This document shows positions 38,889 to 47,188 of a stretch of 64,000 nt of DNA, piece by piece (positions within the stretch are counted from its first letter, which is position 1; each line of letters starts with the position of its first letter). Below the pieces are notes generated by a model. It ran no database searches. It saw only the letters and a list, made by a program, of their open reading frames with translations, and was not told the DNA's origin. Source of the DNA: Patescibacteria group bacterium (GTDB lineage Bacteria > Patescibacteriota > Minisyncoccia > Phycocordibacterales > Phycocordibacteraceae); NCBI GenBank assembly GCA_004322365.1, contig SCTS01000006.1, forward strand, positions 160,756 through 224,755. The letters are read 5' to 3'. The position numbers and the translations under genes are program-made.

Positions 38889-40322
38889 TTATACAAGAGG
38901 AATATCGTATGTTTCCCCTTCCCTCGGCACATCAACAGGAATATTAAGAAACCCGGCGATGCGTTGAGCCAAGAAAGTTGCGGCTTCGGTCTCCCCCAAT
39001 ATTACAAAGACATGCTTCGGATTAACATTTTCAGCGAATGTCATAAGGTCATCTCTGTCAGCGTGCGCAGAAAATCCGTCCGTTGATAGTATTGTTGCTC
39101 GCACCTTAACTTCAACACCATCTATAGACACTGTCCATGCACCGTCTTTAAGCCTCCTCCCTAAACTCCCAGGCACCTGATAGCCTACAAGCAAGAGTGT
39201 GGTCGATTTCTGTGGGAGATACTTCGCCTCATGCCTTCTAATGCGCCCACCGTGACTCATACCAGCACCAGCAATGATTATTTTAGGCCCTGGATGCCTG
39301 TCTATTGCGTCCGACTCATCAGGATGCACACTTACCTTTAGGCTTGGGAATGAAAATGGGTCATCTCCGCTCTCCAGTCGAGTGCGTATGTCAGCACGAA
39401 GAAATGCTGGATATTTTCTGTACACATCAGTTACTTTTGCAGCAAGGGGTGAGTCCATAAATACTGCCACCGGAGGTATAACACCGTTCGTGATGGCTTT
39501 ATCTAATGATGCAAGAATAATTTGCGTACGCTCCAGTGAAAACGCAGGTATAAGAAGTGTGCCTTGGTTGGCAACAACACCTTTCACTGCCGACAGAAGT
39601 GCTTGCTCACTCTCTTCAAGTGAACCGTGCGTTTTATTTCCATACACACTTTCTGTCACCAGATACTCCACACCAGTGGGAACTTCCCTATCAGGAACAA
39701 GGGCGGCAGGCACACGACCTAAGTCTCCTGTAAACAAAATTTTCTTTCCAAAAATATCAAGCAGCACCGTTGCGGACCCTAAAATATGCCCCGCATTATG
39801 GAGTGTTGCAGTAATACCAGGCGCAAGTTCTAAGACCTTCCCGTATGCCACTTCATCAATATATTCAACTGCTCGTATCACATCTTCAGTCGCGTATGGC
39901 GGTTCATCGTTACACCGCTTCGCTTCGAGGGCGATTATCTTTACAGAGTCTTCTAGCATTATTGGCGTGAGCGCTTTGGTGGGAGCCGTTGTAAGCGCGC
40001 GCCCCTTAAAACCATCCTTAACAAGCTTAGGGAATAACCCAATGTGGTCAGCGTGCGCATGGGTAAAAAAAACAACATTAATAGTTGCAGGGTCGTAGGA
40101 GAATACCTCTCTATTGGTTGACTCACAGAACCGCTCACCTTGTGCAAGCCCACAATCAATCAGTATCCGTGTAGTAGTCTCTCCGTCTTTTGCCTCAACA
40201 AGAAAATTTGAACCTGTAACGCGCCTGGCTCCGCGTGCAAACGAAATAGAAATAGTTTTTCCCATATTCTCTATAGTAGCAAACGCTAGCGTATATAGAT
40301 TAGAAAAAATAAAACTCGCCAA
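38889..40322 (-). CDS. Metallo-beta-lactamase fold / beta-CASP family ribonuclease (RNase J / CPSF-like)
   Basis: HAHADH motif, further His/Asp metal ligands and a C-terminal beta-CASP-like region. The likely start is the internal ATG (MGKTISISF..). Confidence 0.7.
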   Translation of the reverse strand: MASFIFSNLYTLAFATIENMGKTISISFARGARRVTGSNFLVEAKDGETTTRILIDCGLAQGERFCESTNREVFSYDPATINVVFFTHAHADHIGLFPKLVKDGFKGRALTTAPTKALTPIMLEDSVKIIALEAKRCNDEPPYATEDVIRAVEYIDEVAYGKVLELAPGITATLHNAGHILGSATVLLDIFGKKILFTGDLGRVPAALVPDREVPTGVEYLVTESVYGNKTHGSLEESEQALLSAVKGVVANQGTLLIPAFSLERTQIILASLDKAITNGVIPPVAVFMDSPLAAKVTDVYRKYPAFLRADIRTRLESGDDPFSFPSLKVSVHPDESDAIDRHPGPKIIIAGAGMSHGGRIRRHEAKYLPQKSTTLLLVGYQVPGSLGRRLKDGAWTVSIDGVEVKVRATILSTDGFSAHADRDDLMTFAENVNPKHVFVILGETEAATFLAQRIAGFLNIPVDVPREGETYDIPLV

Positions 40323-40565
40323 AGACGCACAGCGCGTAGCGAGTTTACCAATAGGGTCACTGACGGAGTATTAACCTTAGAGCCGAAGCTCCAGGTGGGT
40401 GCTCGCAACATCGTGTGTATCGGATTCTCCGGAGAGATTCGCCAGCACAGAGTGATATAAAGCTCCCTAAAGTTTTTCAACGAGGTTAATACTCCGTCAC
40501 CAACCCCATTAAAAGCGTACCACGCTTTTAAGCTTTCAGTTCTGGAATTCAATACTCTTCCCTCT

Positions 40566-40600
40566 GGAAGCTGGAAGCTGGAAGCTGGAAGCTGGAAGCT
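40566..40600. repeat. Heptanucleotide tandem repeat (GGAAGCT) x5 abutting the ndk stop codon
   Basis: Sequence ggaagctggaagctggaagctggaagctggaagct. The last unit overlaps the stop codon of ndk (cta at 40599-40601). Confidence 0.9.
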
Positions 40601-41210
40601 ACTCCATTATTCCATCCAAGTTCACATCGTAAAGAATCTGTTCCTGCACAATACGATACTTCAAAATCTCTTCAGGCTTAAACCACACAGCAATTTCGCG
40701 TGATGCTTCTTCAGGACTTTCAGAACAATGAACGAGGTTTCTAACAGCACGACTCTGTACCGATGAGTGGTCGTACGAGTCCACAGTGTAGTCACCGCGG
40801 ATAGTACCCACATCCGATGTCTTTGGTTCTGTGGCACCTACAAGCTTCTTCACAACGGCTACTGATTCATTCCCTTCAACAACCATCATGAGTACAGGAC
40901 CTGCGGTCATGAATTTCACTATTGAATCTATTATTTCTTTACCATACCCAAGCGCATCCTTCTCTATTGGCAAGTTATGAGTTGTTCGGTCATTCAATAT
41001 TCGAGTTCCTTTCTCAAGAAACCACTTTTCGTCCTTGTTGTAATGACGGACAAGTTGGTCCTCTGTCGCAAGTCCAAATTTAAACGCAACAAATTTCAAC
41101 CCTGTTCTCTCTATACGCTTCATTATCTCTCCGATAAGAGAACGCTGTACTGCGTCAGGCTTCAATATAATAAGCGTACGCTCATTTTCAAATTGTGCAT
41201 TTGTATTCAT
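40599..41210 (-). CDS. ndk: Nucleoside diphosphate kinase (long form with insertions)
   Basis: 203 aa with TLIILKPDAVQR and a catalytic His region. Confidence 0.8.
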   Translation of the reverse strand: MNTNAQFENERTLIILKPDAVQRSLIGEIMKRIERTGLKFVAFKFGLATEDQLVRHYNKDEKWFLEKGTRILNDRTTHNLPIEKDALGYGKEIIDSIVKFMTAGPVLMMVVEGNESVAVVKKLVGATEPKTSDVGTIRGDYTVDSYDHSSVQSRAVRNLVHCSESPEEASREIAVWFKPEEILKYRIVQEQILYDVNLDGIME

Positions 41211-41264
41211 TGAGGCGACTATACCACTCTACGGCGCGAAGCGCCACAGAGCAGGTGCTAGGTA

Positions 41265-41330
41265 TTAGGTTATAGGTGCTAGCTTTTCTGATTCTGAATT
41301 TAAAGCTAGAACCTAGCACCTATAACCTAA
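41265..41330. repeat. 18-bp inverted repeat built from degenerate heptamer units, with a 30-nt loop
   Basis: Arms ttaggttataggtgctag and ctagcacctataacctaa. The right arm reads as gctagaa cctagca cctataa cctaaat. Lies between the stop of ORF 41361-44246 and the ndk start. Confidence 0.8.
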
Positions 41331-41360
41331 ATGATCCCTGCGGATCCGACGAAGCGTCGC

Positions 41361-44246
41361 CTACGGCTTTTGGTTCTCTCGCATCTGATTATACTTCTGG
41401 TGGATATCAGCCTCCACAGCTTCGCGGGCTCGGCCGTAGCGTTGATACGAAATCTGCTTCAATGCATCAATGTTCAAGAAGTCGCCAGGGGTAAACGGAA
41501 TAGTCTCAATAGTAAAACCAGGGGTAGGCTTTCCTCCAGCAAGAAGCTTTAAATATGAATGGAAGTTGTCAATTTTTAGGAAGTCGGAAACCTCAAAGCC
41601 TGGAAACTGTTTCGCAATATACTCAGCATCATCGGGGCCTACACGAAACACTGCCATGGTGCCAACGTTACCAAATACTGAATCCTTAATTTTTGGAAGG
41701 AGCTGAGAAATATACTGGTGTGCCATCGTCATAGAGAGACGGAATTTGCGTGCTTCTGAGAGGATTGTGGAAATAGTATCGGTCGTAATATTTTGGAACT
41801 CGTCAATGTAGAGATAGAAGTTCGGAGGATTCAAATGCAAATACTCCGTACGCGCAAGTGCGGTCATCATAATTTTGCCCACAATCACAAGACCAATCAA
41901 GTTTGCGTTTACATCACCCAGTCGGCCTTTAGACAGGTTTACAAGAAGGATTTTCTTGTTGTCCATAATATCTTTGAAATTAAAAGCGGAGCGTTGCTGT
42001 CCGATGATCGGACGCATAATTTCGTTCGCAATGAAGATATCGAATTTTGATGTGATGTACGGCACCACATTGCGCAAATCTCCTTCTCCACGCACATTTT
42101 CTGCAATATCTTCCCAGAAGTGCGTTACCACGGGATTTTTACAGCGAGACAACTTCAATGCGCGGAATTCATCGTCAGCCAAAACACGGGAAATATCCAT
42201 CAAGGTCGAGCCAGTATCAGGATCTTCAAGCACGAGCATTGTGGCATTACGGAAGTACTGCTCAAAGATAGGACCGAAGGCTTCCGGCACATCGCCGTAG
42301 AGTTTCTTAAAAATTTTAAACATCTCATCCACCACGAATGTTTTTTGCTCTGGAAAGCGTGGATCATACTCAAGCATGTTGAGTCCCATGGGGCGTGCAG
42401 TATAGGCAGGATCAAAATAAATAAGATCATCAATGCGGTCTTTGGGAATACGGGAAAGAATCTCCAATACATCCACACCGTGCGGGTCAATGAAACACAC
42501 CCCTTCCCCATTCTCAATGTCCTGAATGATCATATTCTTCAGGAAGTTCGTCTTACCAGTACCGGTTTGTCCAATGGTATACATGTGGCGCAGACGGTCA
42601 TCTGGAGTGAAATGAATTGGTGTTGCAATATTTGAGTAACGATTAATGCCGATGACAATGCCTTTCTCAGGAAGCCCTGGTGGTGCAGGAGCGAGCTTAG
42701 CACTTGCAGTTTTTGCTTCACGAGATGCTGTACCTCCTGCAATAGTGAGATGAAAAATAGTTGAGAGCTCTGCCAAATTCATCGGCATGAGTGGAATCTT
42801 ATGCATCAAAGGTGTTGGGGCAGCCTTGCGTGTCCATTCAAGCCACAGCTGATAGAAAAATCCTTCATGTGCTTGGCGATCAAACATGCGGAAGATGAAC
42901 AGACGGAGAAACTCCCGCAATTCCTTTCTACCTTTTATATGCTTAAACCGAAGGCGGTTTGCTTTCGCATCTTCATACTGCCCAAAAGTATTTTCAAGTT
43001 CCGTCAAAATTGCCATTGCCCTCTCTTTGGTGCGAGCAGACGCAACAATACGCAAATTCACTCCCACAATGACACTCTTGAGCTTTTTTGACACTGCGTC
43101 AGCTGCAAAAGAATCAATATTCTTACTATCATCCTTCTTTTTTTCTTCAGAGCTTTCCAAAAAACTAGTGAAGCCTTTGTTCAATCCCTGAAAAAATCGA
43201 CGCATTGGTGAGTAATGCTCCATATACATATTCTTTCTGAATATGTCATTTGCAGAACCTTTACCTTTGTTGAGCTCATCCAACACATAACGAATACGCT
43301 TGGAATGGTAATCACCTGCGGGAGCAACGGTAATTTGAAGCGCAGCCCCCTCACCTTCTTTAGTGATTTTTGAAAGTGCTGCGAGCGTCACATTCATAGG
43401 GTCGTGACTAAACTCTTCTGATGTCTTCAAAGGAATTGGTGGCGGGCGCTGGTAGTAGGCGGACGCCGCAACAGTCACACCAAATTGGTTAAAAAGATTG
43501 TAGTCATCTTTTTTTTCAACAATACGTGCACGGGGAAACATGGCAAAAATCTGCTTTTCAAATGTTTCACGTTTTGCTCGAGGGACTGACAAATAAAAGA
43601 CTGCTTCCTCTTTAGTGTGCGAAACAGCAATTTCCATTGTGAAATGCTGGAGGTGAATCTTTTTGCGCTTGTGCCAATCTTTCAAGAAAATTGTATCGGG
43701 GAGAGCAACAAAAGGAATCATACTCAAATAAAACTGCTCCATCTGCATGCAAACATCCTTAAGAGACCCTCCTGGTTTCCCTGGGGCAGCTTCAGGTACG
43801 GCTATATCCAAGAGAACAAAATCAAGAGCCACAGCGAGCGGATCGTTAGCGCTCAGCCCTGGAATTGGATGTCCAGCTGTCCGGTATTGCACAAGCAGGC
43901 GATGAAAATCATCTTCGAGGTGAGGATTATCAATGCGATCAAGCTCCTTCATGACAGCCTTGAATCCTTGAGTATGCAAAATACCCAACAACTCCTCCAT
44001 GTCTTTGTCGTTCGAGTCAGGTGTAAGTTCAAGAATGATGCCCTGCTTCTGCTCTTGCTCTACCCCCTCTGGTGCCTCCGAAAGTGTAGGGAGAACAGAC
44101 GCTTCGACAGGTAAGGCCGGATCTCCTCGATGTCCCCTTCCCCCTCCACCCGAGCGCGCGGTCTCACGCAACTTCGTCAGTTGATGCTCAGGCGAAAGTT
44201 TCGCTGCTTTTGTATCAATTCCTTTATTAGGATTAAACCCTGGCAT
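41361..44246 (-). CDS. Large protein with C-terminal TraD/VirD4/HerA-FtsK-like P-loop ATPase domain and an uncharacterised roughly 540-aa N-terminal region
   Basis: 961 aa with Walker A TIGQTGTGKTNFLKN, followed by CFIDPHGVD and a Walker B-like LYIDEFQN. The N-terminal half is acidic and coiled with no known motif. Copy 2 of the 24-nt motif overlaps its stop codon. Confidence 0.6.
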   Translation of the reverse strand: MPGFNPNKGIDTKAAKLSPEHQLTKLRETARSGGGGRGHRGDPALPVEASVLPTLSEAPEGVEQEQKQGIILELTPDSNDKDMEELLGILHTQGFKAVMKELDRIDNPHLEDDFHRLLVQYRTAGHPIPGLSANDPLAVALDFVLLDIAVPEAAPGKPGGSLKDVCMQMEQFYLSMIPFVALPDTIFLKDWHKRKKIHLQHFTMEIAVSHTKEEAVFYLSVPRAKRETFEKQIFAMFPRARIVEKKDDYNLFNQFGVTVAASAYYQRPPPIPLKTSEEFSHDPMNVTLAALSKITKEGEGAALQITVAPAGDYHSKRIRYVLDELNKGKGSANDIFRKNMYMEHYSPMRRFFQGLNKGFTSFLESSEEKKKDDSKNIDSFAADAVSKKLKSVIVGVNLRIVASARTKERAMAILTELENTFGQYEDAKANRLRFKHIKGRKELREFLRLFIFRMFDRQAHEGFFYQLWLEWTRKAAPTPLMHKIPLMPMNLAELSTIFHLTIAGGTASREAKTASAKLAPAPPGLPEKGIVIGINRYSNIATPIHFTPDDRLRHMYTIGQTGTGKTNFLKNMIIQDIENGEGVCFIDPHGVDVLEILSRIPKDRIDDLIYFDPAYTARPMGLNMLEYDPRFPEQKTFVVDEMFKIFKKLYGDVPEAFGPIFEQYFRNATMLVLEDPDTGSTLMDISRVLADDEFRALKLSRCKNPVVTHFWEDIAENVRGEGDLRNVVPYITSKFDIFIANEIMRPIIGQQRSAFNFKDIMDNKKILLVNLSKGRLGDVNANLIGLVIVGKIMMTALARTEYLHLNPPNFYLYIDEFQNITTDTISTILSEARKFRLSMTMAHQYISQLLPKIKDSVFGNVGTMAVFRVGPDDAEYIAKQFPGFEVSDFLKIDNFHSYLKLLAGGKPTPGFTIETIPFTPGDFLNIDALKQISYQRYGRAREAVEADIHQKYNQMRENQKP

Positions 44247-44314
44247 GTCTATCAGTATAACGCGTCGCTCGCATGCGTCTGTAATTTTCCTAAGATAAAA
44301 ATGTGATTCGCTGG

Positions 44315-44866
44315 TTACGGAACATCAGAACCCAAGATCCGCACTACCTCAAATGCACCGCGAGCGATAGATGAACCATCTTTCCCTACTGATAGTGGTG
44401 CTTTTTTCAAAACTAACCTACCTTGTTCTTCAAAGACTCCAATTTCAGTACCTGCAGTCTCAAACCAACACGCCAGTCCAGCTTTTTCACCTTCCAAAAG
44501 TGGCCACTCTGGAACACCTATTTCTGCGCATGAACCCTCATATGTCCCGACGGAGGATTCTTTACCATTAAGAGAAAGCGATACAGTAGCGAGTGACGCA
44601 CCGGCACGGCTTTTACTGCCTGAATCACTCACAATCCAGTTGTACACAGGAACCTCGCATGGAGTAAACTCACATGCTGGACCTGCTCGCCCAACAGTGC
44701 TCCCATCTGGACAGATTTTCGCTTCCTCAGTACACGCACTCGTATGTGGCACAACAATGGTGGGGGTACGGACAAAAAAGAACCAAGCACTGATGACCCC
44801 AACACATATAACAACACTAAAGAAAGCCCACTGAGACTTTGTCGACATCACACTAGTGTACCTCAA
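44315..44866 (-). CDS. Small Cys-rich membrane-anchored protein (paralog B of 5847-6377)
   Basis: 183 aa with a TM helix, then EAKICPDGSTVGRAGPACEFTPC ... GTYEGSC ... GEKAGLACW ... GTEIGVFEEQGRLVLKK. Confidence 0.6.
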   Translation of the reverse strand: MRYTSVMSTKSQWAFFSVVICVGVISAWFFFVRTPTIVVPHTSACTEEAKICPDGSTVGRAGPACEFTPCEVPVYNWIVSDSGSKSRAGASLATVSLSLNGKESSVGTYEGSCAEIGVPEWPLLEGEKAGLACWFETAGTEIGVFEEQGRLVLKKAPLSVGKDGSSIARGAFEVVRILGSDVP

Positions 44867-44876
44867 ATAGAGAATA

Positions 44877-44906
44877 CAAAAAAAGGCGCCGTCGGCGCCT
44901 TTTAGG
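44877..44906. terminator. Hairpin terminator (GGCGCC-GTC-GGCGCC flanked by A/T runs)
   Basis: Sequence aaaaaaaggcgccgtcggcgccttttagg. Confidence 0.55.
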
Positions 44907-45008
44907 TAAGTTATTTTTTCTTATCTTTCTTTGGTTTCTTTTTATCCTTACGATGTGTTTCTCCTTTTGCCATAGAGTACATGATATTTAAATAATGTTT
45001 TTATACTA

Positions 45009-45185
45009 TCATGTCTTTACTATTACCTTCCTCCCATGACAGACACTGCATATAAGCGACATATGTTGCCATTCACCATTTTGTTTTCTGTATCCGCGCT
45101 CTTCAGTACCCCATCCATTACAACGATGACATTTTTCTTCAGTAGAATTCAAAAACACCTCTCTTCCTAAACCTTTAAAAACCAT
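45009..45185 (-). CDS. Small zinc-ribbon protein, hypothetical
   Basis: CHRCNGWG...CSVCHGRK (Cx2C...Cx2H). The ORF track extends it to 45299, which would overlap map. Trimmed to the internal ATG at 45185. Confidence 0.4.
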   Translation of the reverse strand: MVFKGLGREVFLNSTEEKCHRCNGWGTEERGYRKQNGEWQHMSLICSVCHGRKVIVKT

Positions 45186-45198
45186 ACAATTTCTTACT

Positions 45199-45963
45199 CT
45201 AAAGTTCTGTAAGAATTTGATGGCCATTCTCAGTGATGAGAATAGTGTGTTCAAAATGCGCAGCACGCGAACCATCTTTAGTAACAAATGTATATCCATC
45301 CTTCAAGAGCTTCACACGAGGAGTACCCTCCGTAAACATGGGCTCAATTGCAATAACGAGTCCCGGGGTTAATTGTGCTCCAGTACCAGCGTCCCCAACA
45401 TTCGGCACATACGGCTCTTCATGAACAGAATTCCCCACTCCGTGTCCCCCAAGTTCAAAGACGATGCCGTAGCCTCGCATAACACCAACAGCTTCAATGG
45501 CAGCGCTTATGTCTCCAATATACCCACCTGGTTTTGCCATTTTAATACCCGCCATGAGAGCTTCCTCTGTGGCCTCCAATAAGGCTTCTGCACCTACATC
45601 GCCTTTCCCTGCGATAACAGTAAGTGCGCTATCCACAAGAAGACCCTTATGCGTTAAAACACAATCAAGCCCCACAACATCGCCCTCTTTGATAATGCTC
45701 GGGTTTTCGTTCGGAATCCCGTGCACCACTTCATCGTTAATTGAAATACAGATGGTCGCAGGGTACGGGCGCGTTGCCCCCCGTGGAGTGTAACCAACCA
45801 ACGATGGTACATCGCCGAAGTCTCGAATCATTTTCTCTGCAAGAGTGTTGAGAGTATCGGTTGATACACCTGGGGTCACTGCGCCCCCTACAGCTTTCAA
45901 GACTTCCGCAAGATGTCTTCCGCCTTCCCTAAGAATTGGAATATCTTTTTTTGTTGCAATCAT
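45199..45963 (-). CDS. map: Methionine aminopeptidase type I
   Basis: 254 aa with the pita-bread fold, conserved metal ligands (D, D, H, E, E) and HGIPN. Confidence 0.9.
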   Translation of the reverse strand: MIATKKDIPILREGGRHLAEVLKAVGGAVTPGVSTDTLNTLAEKMIRDFGDVPSLVGYTPRGATRPYPATICISINDEVVHGIPNENPSIIKEGDVVGLDCVLTHKGLLVDSALTVIAGKGDVGAEALLEATEEALMAGIKMAKPGGYIGDISAAIEAVGVMRGYGIVFELGGHGVGNSVHEEPYVPNVGDAGTGAQLTPGLVIAIEPMFTEGTPRVKLLKDGYTFVTKDGSRAAHFEHTILITENGHQILTEL

Positions 45964-45972
45964 TCTGTCGAG

Positions 45973-46554
45973 TTATTTCAAAACCTCTGTCACTTTCCTC
46001 ATTACTTCTTCGTGCACTTCGACTGGTGTTTGTTCACCATTTATGTTGATACATTTTCCCAATTGTTGAAAATATTCAATAGCGGGTTTCGTAAGACGAT
46101 TATACTCAGCGAGGCGCATACGGATAACAGACTCATCCTTGTCAGTTGAGTCACGGCCACGGAGAAGTGAGCGTTTTACCACCTCATCTTCACTGACATC
46201 CAAATTCAATACAGTATATGAACGACCCAACCATGTACACACTTCATCAATGACTTTTGCTTGTTCAACATCACGGCCAGATCCTTCAAATATTGCACCT
46301 TTTTCTGGAGCGAGATTAAACAAAAACTCCTCGAGCATGTAATTAGCAACCCACGAAGGCATGAGGAGGCCTCTTTCATAATCTGCCTTGATACGGTTAC
46401 CGAGAAGCGAGCCTGATGCAACAATTTCACGAAACTTTCCTCCCGTACTAAACACGGTATACCCAAGCTTCTCTGCAAGTTGAACACACTGCGTTTCTTT
46501 CCCAGAAGCAATACGCCCCACGAAGAAAAATAAATGTTTCTGCTGTGTATCCAT
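45973..46554 (-). CDS. adk: Adenylate kinase-like nucleoside monophosphate kinase (divergent P-loop)
   Basis: 193 aa with FVGRIASGKETQ, an NMP-binding region and a LID region. Position is between gmk and map as in the spc operon. Confidence 0.65.
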   Translation of the reverse strand: MDTQQKHLFFFVGRIASGKETQCVQLAEKLGYTVFSTGGKFREIVASGSLLGNRIKADYERGLLMPSWVANYMLEEFLFNLAPEKGAIFEGSGRDVEQAKVIDEVCTWLGRSYTVLNLDVSEDEVVKRSLLRGRDSTDKDESVIRMRLAEYNRLTKPAIEYFQQLGKCININGEQTPVEVHEEVMRKVTEVLK

Positions 46555-46565
46555 GAATACCTATA

Positions 46566-47138
46566 TTAACCTGCAATAAGAGATTCTACGACTTCTGCAA
46601 AACGTTTTTTTGCAGCATCCACTTCTCCCGAATGATTTTCAATAACAAAATCGGCCTCGGACATAAAATTCATTTCATCTTGATATCGTTCTTTTCTTTT
46701 CTCTAGTTCCGTTTCCGATATTGGTGCACGAGCCCGAATCCGAGCCTCCATTTCACTCCATGAACCAGCATTCACGAAAATAACAGCTAATTCTTCTTTA
46801 GGGATTTTCTTTTGCAATTGTCGAACTCCTTGTACCTCAAGTTCTTTGAGTGCAGTCATACCTCCGTCTAGCAGTGGCATAACTTCGGATGCAAGCGTGC
46901 CGTAAAAATGCCCACCATATTCTGCCCACTCTAAAAAATCACCGCTCTCGATGCGTGATTGAAACTCCTCACGAGAAAGAAAATAATAGTGCTCGCCATG
47001 CTTCTCATTCGCACGCATAGATCGAGTTGTTGAAGACTTTGGATATTGAAGCGCTGGGAATAGGGGGCGGATATGATTAATAAGCGTTCCTTTTCCAGAA
47101 CCAGATGGACCAATAACGAGTATGAATTTCCCTTTCAT
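46566..47138 (-). CDS. gmk: Guanylate kinase
   Basis: 190 aa with GPSGSGKGT and guanylate-kinase core motifs (STTR, E..GxxYxF). Confidence 0.8.
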   Translation of the reverse strand: MKGKFILVIGPSGSGKGTLINHIRPLFPALQYPKSSTTRSMRANEKHGEHYYFLSREEFQSRIESGDFLEWAEYGGHFYGTLASEVMPLLDGGMTALKELEVQGVRQLQKKIPKEELAVIFVNAGSWSEMEARIRARAPISETELEKRKERYQDEMNFMSEADFVIENHSGEVDAAKKRFAEVVESLIAG

Positions 47139-47188
47139 ATTTTTGCTATTTAGAAGCTACACACAAACGCTAGCCACTAAACCTTGTC

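Noticed and set aside
39274-40098. 274-aa plus-strand ORF antisense to the beta-CASP RNase gene
   Set aside because: Ser/Ala-rich low-complexity translation of the opposite strand of a well-supported gene. Treated as a shadow ORF. The other antisense ORFs inside ftsH, the 961-aa ATPase and the 1007-aa repeat protein are rejected for the same reason.
41265-41330. The inverted repeat downstream of the 961-aa ATPase gene as a simple intrinsic terminator
   Set aside because: The 18-bp stem has a 30-nt loop and no U-run follows on the sense strand. It is better described as a heptamer-derived inverted repeat of unknown function.
45009-45299. Full 96-aa ORF as given in the ORF track
   Set aside because: Its first 38 codons overlap the 3' end of map by 100 nt. 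It was trimmed to the internal ATG at 45185, which leaves a 58-aa zinc-ribbon protein.
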